Shown here in pieces: positions 1 to 9,117 of a stretch of DNA of 64,000 bases. The DNA is taken from the IMG/VR virus record IMGVR_UViG_3300029908_000008, one strand, 5' to 3'. The notes beneath the pieces are model-generated. The model was not told the origin of the DNA, ran no database searches, and worked only from the letters and a program-made list of their open reading frames with translations. Each line of letters starts with the position of its first letter. The first letter of the stretch is position 1. The stretch is from an uncultured virus (IMG/VR IMGVR_UViG_3300029908_000008) (Duplodnaviria; Heunggongvirae; Uroviricota; Caudoviricetes). The position numbers were made by a program, and so were the translations under genes.

Positions 1-586
1 TAGTATTACCATTCTTTACTATCTGTCCTGTTATCATAAAATTGCCTGTGAGTTGCATAACAAAAACTCTTTGAAATGGGTTTGTAGATTTACTAACTGA
101 CTGACCTGACATAAGTTTCGGTTCAGAGATGATTTTGGTTATGACAGGAGTCAAAATTTGAATTGCGTCTTCTACTGAAAAACCTTGAGGTGGACTTGTG
201 ATTAAATCTGGGCCTAAACCTGAATTTTGTACTGTTTTGCCAGGAGTAAATGCATCTGGTAAAGATTTCGCATTAGTTTTAGCATATAAATAAGCATAGA
301 CTATATTGGTACAATCTTGATAAGATTTACTAGTGGTTTTATTATCTGAAAATAACTTGTTTACAGCGGTTTCTATACCTTTTTTAATTATATCGATACT
401 AGGATTAGCAATAGGAGTTAAAGATGTGGGAACTGTTGATGTTAACGCATTTGTAGCACCTGCACCAATACCTGTAACTTGCGCTACTTTTTTCATTATA
501 TTAGTTAATTCAGAAGCAGATTGATAATCTCCAATCTCATCAAGACTATTCGCTAATTTTTTTAATGAACTAAGAATTTTTCTCAT
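1..586 (-). CDS. Partial CDS (runs off window start), putative virion protein carrying the shared N-terminal tag
   Basis: Not in ORF track; my translation from ATG at 586 is MRKILSSLKKLANSLDEIGDYQSASELTNIMKKVAQVTGIG..., open to position 1; AGG-type promoter motif upstream. Confidence 0.85.
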   Translation of the reverse strand, partial: MRKILSSLKKLANSLDEIGDYQSASELTNIMKKVAQVTGIGAGATNALTSTVPTSLTPIANPSIDIIKKGIETAVNKLFSDNKTTSKSYQDCTNIVYAYLYAKTNAKSLPDAFTPGKTVQNSGLGPDLITSPPQGFSVEDAIQILTPVITKIISEPKLMSGQSVSKSTNPFQRVFVMQLTGNFMITGQIVKNGNT

Positions 587-624
587 TATAATCTTAAATT
601 CTTAAAAATATAATTTATATCCTT
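587..624 (-). promoter_or_regulatory. AGG-class putative promoter
   Basis: Minus strand AAGG-N17-AAGAA-N12-ATG(586). Confidence 0.55.
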
Positions 625-631
625 GTTTATT

Positions 632-1078
632 TTAAACTGTATAATTCACGGGATGTATTGCTTTTAATTTTTCTGAAACATCACTAAAGTCGATACTACA
701 GGATTGAGCAAAAATACCTGTATTATTAGCCAAAAATGGATGCACAGTGGATCTTTGAATAGTTGATCTTGATTGCGATTGTGGATCTTTTAATATTGAA
801 AAAATATTTATAATTGGCAAGTTATTATTTTTCATAAATAAATAATCATACACCATATCTACAACTAATTGGTTGGAATTTTCTGGCATTCCATGGGTTT
901 TTGCAATACTAATCGCTTCTTTAATAAGAGATAATATTGTTTTAGCCGTATTTACACGACTGACATCAGTGTAACTTTGTGGTGCTGTCGATGGCGCAGA
1001 AGATGAATTACCTGAATTAATTAATTGTTGTTTCGCCGTATCCACAAGCGATGTCTGCGCTTTTTTGAAATGTTTCAT
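632..1078 (-). CDS. Hypothetical protein with N-terminal KKAQ motif; probable paralog of the 1..586 protein
   Basis: MKHFKKAQ start; VDMVYDYLFMKNN resembles TNIVYAYLYAKTN of the neighbour. Confidence 0.75.
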   Translation of the reverse strand: MKHFKKAQTSLVDTAKQQLINSGNSSSAPSTAPQSYTDVSRVNTAKTILSLIKEAISIAKTHGMPENSNQLVVDMVYDYLFMKNNNLPIINIFSILKDPQSQSRSTIQRSTVHPFLANNTGIFAQSCSIDFSDVSEKLKAIHPVNYTV

Positions 1079-1104
1079 AATATATTTATTCTAATTAAAT
1101 TAGA

Positions 1105-1836
1105 TTATTCCTCTGAGTCATTGTCAAATCTATTTTTTATATTACTAAACACTTCATCCATCGAATACATGCGCTCCTCGCCAGATTCAATCCTTTTCAT
1201 TTGGTCTTTTAAATCTTCAAGTAAATCTAAAGAATCTGAAGGACTGCCATGAAAACTCATTTCGTACATGACACCTTGGATTATTTGATATAAAGTATAA
1301 GACTCTGTTGGATAATCATTATTACTAATTGTTTTATAATGTTTATCTGTAATATTAACATTTGCTGTAGCCTTTAATACTAAAGGCGTATTAGCATAAT
1401 TTTGCATAGGACTTAATCCAATGCCCCATTTAATAATATCGCCAGCCTTGTAATGAGCATCATCGAATTTAGCAATTCCTATACCATGAAATTCTGGCCA
1501 CCCTGGTACGTGTATCCCTTCATCATCAATACTGATATTCCAATATAATTCTAAATAATCTACATCATTTTCGCCATCTTTTTTTAGTTCTGGAGTTCCA
1601 TATAAAACTGCCGCAGTATATTCTCGTATCCATTGTCTAAAAATAATTTCAAAAATATCTATATTCTTTTCAATTAATAGAAATAGATCCTTTAAAACTA
1701 TATTGTCTAATGTGATATATTCGTTTAAAAATGAAGATGCAATGTCTGATAGTTCCTCAACATCATATTGTAAAGTATCCGTATTCCATTTTTTGTATTC
1801 CAGAAGCCCGCTAGGTTTTAAAATTAATTCTTTCAT
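1105..1836 (-). CDS. Hypothetical phage protein
   Basis: 243-aa ORF; AGTATAAT-N6-ATG upstream. Confidence 0.75.
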   Translation of the reverse strand: MKELILKPSGLLEYKKWNTDTLQYDVEELSDIASSFLNEYITLDNIVLKDLFLLIEKNIDIFEIIFRQWIREYTAAVLYGTPELKKDGENDVDYLELYWNISIDDEGIHVPGWPEFHGIGIAKFDDAHYKAGDIIKWGIGLSPMQNYANTPLVLKATANVNITDKHYKTISNNDYPTESYTLYQIIQGVMYEMSFHGSPSDSLDLLEDLKDQMKRIESGEERMYSMDEVFSNIKNRFDNDSEE

Positions 1837-1874
1837 AAGGCCATTATACTTTTTATTTTTATTGAGAAATTTAA

Positions 1875-2765
1875 TTAATGATAAACTTCATTAACGGCTT
1901 TTTTAGCAACTTCTAAATATGCTTTGTATGCTCCGGTTTTGTATACTGTCCAAGGGTGCCAGTATACACCGCCACGAGATTCTTTATATGCGGCTTCAGC
2001 ACTATTCTGAGGATTAAACAACCTCCCGTCTGGATCATATCTAAAATCGTCATTAGGCCCTTCACATCCTAATTGCTTAATTGTACGAGTCTGCCATAAT
2101 CCCACCGATGGACCCCAACAATCTGTCTCTAAACTAATATCACTCACGTTGTTTGGATCAGCATCAGATTCAGGGAACACAATCGCAACAGCAATTACTG
2201 CTGAGTCTCTATTAAAACCTGCTTGCTTGGCAAGGCCCGCAAGCCAAATCGCTGTTGATAACCTGTCAAGCCCTTGCTGAGTTGTTGACCCAGCATCATA
2301 TGCGTCATTATTTTCCGTAAGGGGTGAATCATATCCAAAACTATGAAGTAAATCATTTAATTTTTTTTCATCACTAGTATTATCGTGAATAGAATTTGGA
2401 TCTTGTGCAAAACTATCTAAATAATTTAAAATTAGTTGTTTCTGATCTGCATCAAATCTATTAAATAATGGATCATCAATTACTGTACCTTCCATTATTT
2501 GTCTAGATTTTGCTTTATAGGCCACAATATCAAAATTGGATGAACCAGGGGTATTTTCTTTTTTATATTGACTCATTTGTGTGGACGGATCTTGGTCAGT
2601 ACCTTGAAATAATGCGTTATTGATCATTTTAATAAAATCGTCTTTACTAATATTATTATTTTGAGCGAAACTCATTCTGATGTAATTGTTGAAAAATGAA
2701 TCTGCTAATTTATATTTTCCTATGTTATCTAAATATTTAGACTTTTTTAAAATATATTTCCACAC
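1875..2765 (-). CDS. Lysozyme-like/lytic transglycosylase (SLT-like) protein with shared N-terminal tag
   Basis: C-terminal AGF...AVAIVFPES...SVGLWQ...LFNPQNSAEAAY...GGVYWHPWTVYKTGAY; N-term YLDNIGKYKLADS...SFAQ. Confidence 0.8.
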   Translation of the reverse strand: MWKYILKKSKYLDNIGKYKLADSFFNNYIRMSFAQNNNISKDDFIKMINNALFQGTDQDPSTQMSQYKKENTPGSSNFDIVAYKAKSRQIMEGTVIDDPLFNRFDADQKQLILNYLDSFAQDPNSIHDNTSDEKKLNDLLHSFGYDSPLTENNDAYDAGSTTQQGLDRLSTAIWLAGLAKQAGFNRDSAVIAVAIVFPESDADPNNVSDISLETDCWGPSVGLWQTRTIKQLGCEGPNDDFRYDPDGRLFNPQNSAEAAYKESRGGVYWHPWTVYKTGAYKAYLEVAKKAVNEVYH

Positions 2766-2777
2766 TATAACTCTTTA

Positions 2778-4094
2778 TTATTCTGGTTCTGCATTACCTT
2801 CTAAAATTAGACCCTTGAATTCTGGATAACTCTGATAAAGAATATTTAGCAATTGTTTAAAATGCTCACAGTATTTATAATGTGAACCTAAACCAGTTCT
2901 AAGTTCTGCCTCATAAATAAACTTATCAAATGTGGTTCGATGTCGAAAATTAAGTTGAGTACCTAACGGTAAGGAATAAATTCCTTTTTCTGTGCCGTAT
3001 TGATTTACTACATTTATTAGCACATTGCCCTCAGCACCTAAATTTTTGATAATAGATGATTTAATTTTTTTGCCAATAATCTTCTCACAATCTTTCACAC
3101 AATCCATTGTGTCATAAAATCCCTGTGGCTTTAAATCAATATATTTACTTCCTGTGCGATGGCGGTTTAAATCCCTAATCTCACCAATTGTAATATTGGG
3201 AATAGCAAATAAAATCGGATTCATCCTCGAAATATCACCACAATCATCATAACGATTTTTACGAAATTTTAAATCTTCAATAATGCTCGAAATTTCAAAT
3301 TTTATATTTGACTCTAATGTTAGTGCTGGCTTGTTAATATCAAGATTTGAATTGTTAAAAGATTCAATCCATAAATTCATTCTTCTTTCCGCTGATTTTT
3401 TTTTATAAATATGTTTCACAGACCTTGGTGCAGATATTTCTAATTCTGATAATAATTGCTCACCTAATTGCTTCAATTCCGTAAATGGATGGGATAATAA
3501 ATTTGTGATAAGTTCTGCCCAAGCACCTGCGGATTGTATCATCATAACGTTAGTACATGCGGCAATAGGTAGCCAAACTCTCGCGCGGTCAAAAGCGAAA
3601 TTTCTTAGCATTCTTGATTTTTGTTTTTCATTAATATCAGAGGGTATTTTAGTAATAGAAGGGTATTCTTGCGCTAATTCTGACCAAAACTCATATGCTT
3701 TTTCATAATTTTCAAATAATTTTTTAGAATTATCATTGATTTTATAGCATTCACTATCTTTATAATTAATATATCGTGTGGAAGATTCTTGACCGGATGC
3801 CGTAGGACATAAATACCATAATGTCATTGCCGCAAAAATTGAAACACCATCAATAAACATTGCGATAGGCACTAATTGAAGTAAAGATCCATGACCATAA
3901 TCTACATATTTAAAAATACTGTCCACGCTTTTATCAGGATTGTCAAAATCTATTTTACTTAGAATCGAATCTAAACCTTCATTATTTCTAGAATATCTAG
4001 CGCCGACTGCGGCGAGTAATTCTGGCGTCAATGCTGGTCGATTTAAATTATTAGCCGCCAAAGAGGGTGAAATTGATACTTGAGTGACTTTCAT
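2778..4094 (-). CDS. thyX: Flavin-dependent thymidylate synthase, long tandem-domain ThyX type
   Basis: ARYSR, YGHGS, QESSTRY, FDRARVWLP, RDLNRHR, ELRT motifs. Confidence 0.8.
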   Translation of the reverse strand: MKVTQVSISPSLAANNLNRPALTPELLAAVGARYSRNNEGLDSILSKIDFDNPDKSVDSIFKYVDYGHGSLLQLVPIAMFIDGVSIFAAMTLWYLCPTASGQESSTRYINYKDSECYKINDNSKKLFENYEKAYEFWSELAQEYPSITKIPSDINEKQKSRMLRNFAFDRARVWLPIAACTNVMMIQSAGAWAELITNLLSHPFTELKQLGEQLLSELEISAPRSVKHIYKKKSAERRMNLWIESFNNSNLDINKPALTLESNIKFEISSIIEDLKFRKNRYDDCGDISRMNPILFAIPNITIGEIRDLNRHRTGSKYIDLKPQGFYDTMDCVKDCEKIIGKKIKSSIIKNLGAEGNVLINVVNQYGTEKGIYSLPLGTQLNFRHRTTFDKFIYEAELRTGLGSHYKYCEHFKQLLNILYQSYPEFKGLILEGNAEPE

Positions 4095-4145
4095 TACATC
4101 TAAATATTTTAAGGATAATGGAATTATAACCTTTAAATAAAAATT
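4095..4145. promoter_or_regulatory. Overlapping divergent AGG-class promoters
   Basis: Plus: AAGG(4111)-N17-TTTAA-N9-ATG(4146); minus: AAGG-N16-CTTAA-N14-ATG(4094). Confidence 0.5.
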
Positions 4146-4676
4146 ATGTTAAAATTAATAAAAATTGCTTCTTATTTTGATAAAATTGGCCAATATAAAA
4201 TGTCAGATTATTCATTGAGATTTGCTAATAATAGTTATGAAGCAATTAAAAGTGTGGCAGACAAAGTGAGATCCATGCATCCATATAGTTTTGAAACACA
4301 TTACGACTTGTTAGAAAGTCTTGACGAAAAATTACAACATGATCCTCATGATCTTCATTATCTAATGTATGGAAAAGACACATTAAACCATGAAGATATC
4401 ATGAATATAATGAATACAACTGATACTTTTGGATTATACGAAGAAATTTACCCATGGATTTTTGTTTATCCAAATACTACAACAAATACTTGGTTTTATC
4501 GCCTACATGATCCGAAGGATTTAAATAGTATAAACAATCCTAAACATTTCACAATTCACAACACAGATGTTGACGTGAATGAGGATATCGATCATGCTGT
4601 GCAAAAAATTCATCAAAAATACCCAGAGGCTTTAATAGATCCGTTTGCATATGTAGATGGTTTTGAAGATTTATAA
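4146..4676 (+). CDS. Hypothetical protein with shared N-terminal tag
   Basis: MLKLIKIASYFDKIGQYKMSDYSLRFAN. Confidence 0.8.
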   Translation: MLKLIKIASYFDKIGQYKMSDYSLRFANNSYEAIKSVADKVRSMHPYSFETHYDLLESLDEKLQHDPHDLHYLMYGKDTLNHEDIMNIMNTTDTFGLYEEIYPWIFVYPNTTTNTWFYRLHDPKDLNSINNPKHFTIHNTDVDVNEDIDHAVQKIHQKYPEALIDPFAYVDGFEDL

Positions 4677-4693
4677 TTTTGTATAAATAACAC

Positions 4694-5644
4694 ATGAATG
4701 TTATTATATGGGGTTTAAAACCCTACACGCACACGCACTCCTGGATTCATTGGGGATTTGCTAAAGCCTTTGAATATTTAGGCCATAATGTAATGTGGTT
4801 AGATAAGTCTGAGACGTATGACATTACATTGTTTAATGATGCTTTGGTAATTTCAGAGGCCAATAATGATGATGGTATTCCAGTGCTTAATACGGCAACA
4901 TACTTAGTTCATAGACTTAAAAAAGATACATACCAAAATGCTAAAAAAGTATTGAATCTTGAGTTCTATTCTAAACCTATAGAGGATTCTGAAATAAAAA
5001 TTTATCCTCCTCATTATTCCAATATGTCATGTGTATTAAAGAGATATCAAGAACTTGCACCAACAGTTTGGTTTGGAGATGAGATTTTAGAATCAAACAA
5101 TATGCATGCGCCGACATTATTTATGTCATGGGGAACAGATCTTCTTCCAAATGATATTGAATTAATTGACCCTGGTTTTATTCAAGCATCGCGAAGACCT
5201 GATGTGAGTTTTGTAGGAAGTGTTTGGGGTGTGAATATGAATGAAATGCAACAATTCATGAACAATCTCCAAAAACGAAATATTCCGTTAAATGTACTTG
5301 GGTTACATAATGGTATGCCTGTGAATAATGAACTTTGTAAACATATTGTACGTTTATCACTGTTTAGTCCTGCAATTGTAGGAAAAGATCATATTGATAT
5401 GGGCTATGTGCCTTGTAGATTGTTCAAGAACATCTCTTATTCTAGGATGCCTGCTACAAATCTTCCTCATGCCTCAGAGATATTGCCAGGTTTAGTTGTT
5501 GAAGAAGATCTAGACTTACTTATTGATAAGGCAATAGAGTTCGAAAATAAGCCAGATATTAATTTAATGAATGCACTTGTGAATCATGTGAGAAAAGAAC
5601 ACACATTTGTGAATAGGGCCTTGAATATCTTGGAGGTAATATAA
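4694..5644 (+). CDS. Putative glycosyltransferase (GT-B-like)
   Basis: HTHSWIHWGFAKAFEYLGHNVMW start; FVGS, YVPCRLFKNISY, KEHTFVNRA; TGTATAAA-N6-ATG upstream. Confidence 0.65.
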   Translation: MNVIIWGLKPYTHTHSWIHWGFAKAFEYLGHNVMWLDKSETYDITLFNDALVISEANNDDGIPVLNTATYLVHRLKKDTYQNAKKVLNLEFYSKPIEDSEIKIYPPHYSNMSCVLKRYQELAPTVWFGDEILESNNMHAPTLFMSWGTDLLPNDIELIDPGFIQASRRPDVSFVGSVWGVNMNEMQQFMNNLQKRNIPLNVLGLHNGMPVNNELCKHIVRLSLFSPAIVGKDHIDMGYVPCRLFKNISYSRMPATNLPHASEILPGLVVEEDLDLLIDKAIEFENKPDINLMNALVNHVRKEHTFVNRALNILEVI

Positions 5645-5645
5645 A

Positions 5646-6371
5646 ATGAATATACAAATTGTAAGTGTATGCGATCAGCAAATTTTTAATAAGACACTTG
5701 ACCGTGTTAAAGAAACACAAAAACTTTTTACTAAAGTTAATACTAATGCTGACATTCTAGACCCGCTTATTATTACTTATGGCCCTGCGGCCAAAATTGA
5801 CGATGTATTCATTCAAACTAGCGCGATACCAGTAAATAAAGACAATTATAGTTTTTATATGAGTAAAGTATTACATCAACACCTCACATCTGATTTTGCG
5901 TTAGTCGTGCAATATGATAGTGGTATTGTTAATCCTGATGCTTGGACTGATGAGTTTTTAGAATATGATTATATTGGCGCTCCTTGGCGCGAACTTCCAC
6001 ACCTTACAGATTTTTTTGGAAATTCAGTAAGAGTAGGTAATGGGGGTTTTAGTTTAAGAAGTCGAAAACTACAACAAATTACTTCACAATTAACTTATCC
6101 TTACCCATTTCCATATCCGTCTCAAGATTTCTTTAAAGAAGATGTACATATGACATGCAAAATTCGACATGCATTGGAAAACCATGGTGTAAAATTTGGC
6201 AATTTATATATCGCTAATAAATTCTCGGCAGAGACAGGAATAAAAGATAAAAATAAACTGCCATTTGGCGCTCATGGCACCCTATATGATGAACTTACAG
6301 GTAAAACTCAAACCGTTAGTGCGATGGATCTTTTGAATAAAAAAACCTTCGAAAATTTGAAATTAAATTAA
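5646..6371 (+). CDS. DUF5672-family glycosyltransferase-like protein
   Basis: VVQYD...WTDEFLEYDYIGAPW...VGNGGFSLRS...ED...FGAH. Confidence 0.8.
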   Translation: MNIQIVSVCDQQIFNKTLDRVKETQKLFTKVNTNADILDPLIITYGPAAKIDDVFIQTSAIPVNKDNYSFYMSKVLHQHLTSDFALVVQYDSGIVNPDAWTDEFLEYDYIGAPWRELPHLTDFFGNSVRVGNGGFSLRSRKLQQITSQLTYPYPFPYPSQDFFKEDVHMTCKIRHALENHGVKFGNLYIANKFSAETGIKDKNKLPFGAHGTLYDELTGKTQTVSAMDLLNKKTFENLKLN

Positions 6372-6397
6372 TTTTCAAAAATTAAGTAAACTTTAAG

Positions 6398-6730
6398 GTG
6401 CATATAGAAAATTATGATATGCATCTTAAGTTGCAATTAGGAAAAGATATATGGATCTTTTCCCCTGATGATTCAGGGGAATGCCCTGCTACGCCTATTG
6501 CTCACTATGGAGAATTAAAATCTTCTAGAGATCCATCAAGGTCTCTCTACTATGCCATAGATGGAAATTATGAAATTTGGCTAGGATTAAAAAAGAAAAA
6601 AGACATTATACTAGAATACTTTCAAGGCAAATTGGCTATGGAAGTACTATATAATTATAATGTCTTGTCTTGGGTTATAGTTGCAGATCTATTCCCTTTA
6701 GAAATTTATGAAAAGATTAGATCTAATTAA
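6398..6730 (+). CDS. Hypothetical protein
   Basis: 110-aa ORF filling the gap; AGTAAACT-N5-GTG upstream. Confidence 0.6.
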   Translation: MHIENYDMHLKLQLGKDIWIFSPDDSGECPATPIAHYGELKSSRDPSRSLYYAIDGNYEIWLGLKKKKDIILEYFQGKLAMEVLYNYNVLSWVIVADLFPLEIYEKIRSN

Positions 6731-7076
6731 TTACATTAGATTTAGTTACAGTGTCACTAAAATTCTTCATAAAATCTACATCTTCAATTAAAGATCTTCC
6801 GACTTCAGTACTGCGCAATTGTTCTAAAGTGTCTAGCATCTTTTGATGTGTACTGAAGTCCACTGATTTATTATTTGAAAATTCTTCAATAAAATCTTTA
6901 AAAACGTCTAAATTATCTTCGACCTGTTTAAGCATTAATTCTAATGCTTCCAGATCCTCATCTTTAAACTGTTCCAATTCTTCATCAGAAATTTCTTCCA
7001 CGACTAATTCTTCTACATTTTCTTGAAGAGTTTGATTATTATATGATTGATTTAAGTTCGTCATTTGTTCTAGCAC
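6723..7076 (-). CDS. Acidic helical hypothetical protein (start uncertain)
   Basis: Glu-rich ORF downstream of thioredoxin; TTG start overlaps trx, true start may be the ATG of MTNLNQ. Confidence 0.65.
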   Translation of the reverse strand: MLEQMTNLNQSYNNQTLQENVEELVVEEISDEELEQFKDEDLEALELMLKQVEDNLDVFKDFIEEFSNNKSVDFSTHQKMLDTLEQLRSTEVGRSLIEDVDFMKNFSDTVTKSNVIN

Positions 7077-7314
7077 CTATTAAACGAGATTTTTCTTCTC
7101 CATCTTTATATACAATAATTGTAGGAATTGATGCGATATTGAAAAATTCAGACATTTCTGGTGAATCATCAATATCACAAGCATAAAAATTATCTGTAAG
7201 AGATAATAATCGTTCTTTCATCGGTTTACAATGGCCACACCAAGAGGCAGTAAAAATCATTAAAATATCATTTTTAATTAATTCTTTATAGTTTGAGTCA
7301 TTAATTGTTTTCAT
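7039..7314 (-). CDS. trxA: Thioredoxin
   Basis: FTASWCGHCK active site; IASIPT cis-Pro motif. Confidence 0.92.
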   Translation of the reverse strand: MKTINDSNYKELIKNDILMIFTASWCGHCKPMKERLLSLTDNFYACDIDDSPEMSEFFNIASIPTIIVYKDGEEKSRLIGARTNDELKSII

Positions 7315-7316
7315 AA

Positions 7317-7841
7317 TTATAGAGGTAATTCACAGGCGATTAAATGAATCGTTGGAATATTGAGTTTTTTATATTCTTGACAATTATCCATTTTGTCATC
7401 TACAGCAAGTAAAATTTCATATTCTTTCATAATTTTTAATGCAACGTCCTTTTTATATTTAGATTTATCATGTATTTTTTGCAATTTAGTTTCATAATCT
7501 TCAGAATTAACCACCGGTCTCATCACTAATATAACATTGTCTTTAAAAAATCCATAATGTTTTAACCATTGCTTAGTTTTAAATTTAGTATCAGTGAAAC
7601 GTGCCGTAACAATAAAAATTTTATCAGGTTGATATTGTTGAATAGACCATTCATATAAATTTTTACCAAGTGCTAATACTTTGTCTTTCTTATGATCTGC
7701 TTTATTATATGATTCTATAGAATCATAATAAGATTTTTTATCACCTTTTGCTTTTGCATCAAAATCTATATATTTTTTTTGACGATCTGATGGATCGCAT
7801 AAAACACCATCTATATCGAAAATTAGACATTTTTTTTTCAT
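7317..7841 (-). CDS. HAD-superfamily phosphatase (phage polynucleotide 3'-phosphatase-like)
   Basis: IFDIDGVL, IVTAR, LVMRP, AVDD motifs. Confidence 0.8.
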   Translation of the reverse strand: MKKKCLIFDIDGVLCDPSDRQKKYIDFDAKAKGDKKSYYDSIESYNKADHKKDKVLALGKNLYEWSIQQYQPDKIFIVTARFTDTKFKTKQWLKHYGFFKDNVILVMRPVVNSEDYETKLQKIHDKSKYKKDVALKIMKEYEILLAVDDKMDNCQEYKKLNIPTIHLIACELPL

Positions 7842-7845
7842 TTAT

Positions 7846-8871
7846 TTAGAATTTACTTTCTTTAATACTCCCATTGGAAAGAATATAATATTCAGAATTA
7901 TTATATAATTCTTGAATTGTATGAGCCCCAGAATATGTTAAACCGGAGCGAATACCACCTAAAACACTTTCTAGTACAGATTCTGTTGAACCTTTATATG
8001 GTACTAGTTTATCTAGACCTTCAGCGGCTGTTCCTCGCTTCAAACCTGAACGATATTTCTCAGAACATTTTTGAGAAGACATGCCGTAATATTCCTTAAA
8101 ATCACCATTTTCTAAATGTAAAATATCTCCTGGAGTATGCGATGTTGACGCTAAAATACTACCTACACAACATACATCTGCACCGAACGCGAGGGCTTTA
8201 ACTGCTGTACCACTATCTTTTATACCGCCATCAGCAATCAACGGAATTTTATATTCATGTTTTAATTGTTCACAGTCAATAATTGACTGTAATGTGCTTT
8301 CTCCGTGTCCCGTGACAATACGAGTAGTACAAACGTTTCCTCCACCAATTGACGTGCGGATAGCATCTGATCCGCTGTCTGCTAGTCTTCTAAATCCGTC
8401 TCTAGAAGCAATATTTCCAGCAATAACATCAATTTTTGGATAATTTTTCTTAATATATTTAATCATATCCATGACCATCTTACTGTCACCGTGAGCAATA
8501 TCAATTAAAATAATATCAGCGTATTCGGCAAGATTATCCACTAATTTTCTATCCTCATCTTTACAGCCAACAGAGGGCACACTCAAAAGCCCTTCTTCAT
8601 TTAATTTTTTAGCCCATTCAATCATAGCCATTGAATCAAACCTATGTAAAAATCCGCAACTGCCAGATTCTGCCATAAATTTGGCCATCTTATACTCAGT
8701 TACAGTACTCATATTGGTGCTTACGATAGGGTGATTAATTTTAAAATTTTTAGTTAATTGAGTAGTTATATCCACATCTAATCTAGACATAATATCACTG
8801 TGCTGTGGGACTAACAATATATCATCAAATGCTAATGAAATAGGGTTGTTTGGATCATACAATTTTGCCAT
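7846..8871 (-). CDS. guaC: GMP reductase / IMP dehydrogenase family, no CBS domain (YGMSS favours GMP reductase)
   Basis: FDDILLVP, IDIAHG, IAGNI, GGGNVCTTR, IADGGIK, YYGMSS, AEG, GGIRSGLTYSGA. Confidence 0.75.
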   Translation of the reverse strand: MAKLYDPNNPISLAFDDILLVPQHSDIMSRLDVDITTQLTKNFKINHPIVSTNMSTVTEYKMAKFMAESGSCGFLHRFDSMAMIEWAKKLNEEGLLSVPSVGCKDEDRKLVDNLAEYADIILIDIAHGDSKMVMDMIKYIKKNYPKIDVIAGNIASRDGFRRLADSGSDAIRTSIGGGNVCTTRIVTGHGESTLQSIIDCEQLKHEYKIPLIADGGIKDSGTAVKALAFGADVCCVGSILASTSHTPGDILHLENGDFKEYYGMSSQKCSEKYRSGLKRGTAAEGLDKLVPYKGSTESVLESVLGGIRSGLTYSGAHTIQELYNNSEYYILSNGSIKESKF

Positions 8872-9003
8872 TAAAATTTATACTAAAATTTACAATTTTT
8901 CATAACAAAAATTAATTTAATTAGGTCTCCTAACAATCTGCGAAATTCTAAATTTTGAGTCAATGTGGAAAAAAATGCGCCTTAAAGATAAATAAGGGAG
9001 AAC

Positions 9004-9051
9004 AATAATGTAATTAATAATGAATTAAGTAATGAACTAAATTATGAACTT
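9004..9051 (+). repeat. Four imperfect 12-bp direct repeats in intergenic region
   Basis: AATAATGTAATT AATAATGAATTA AGTAATGAACTA AATTATGAACTT. Confidence 0.5.
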
Positions 9052-9117
9052 GTTCAAAAATTAAAATCACTATGCAAGAAAAAGGTCAAAATTAAAGAAA
9101 ATTTAAAATTCCTACTA

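Noticed and set aside
333..524. Plus-strand 63-aa ORF in the track
   Set aside because: Antisense shadow of the real minus-strand gene starting at 586
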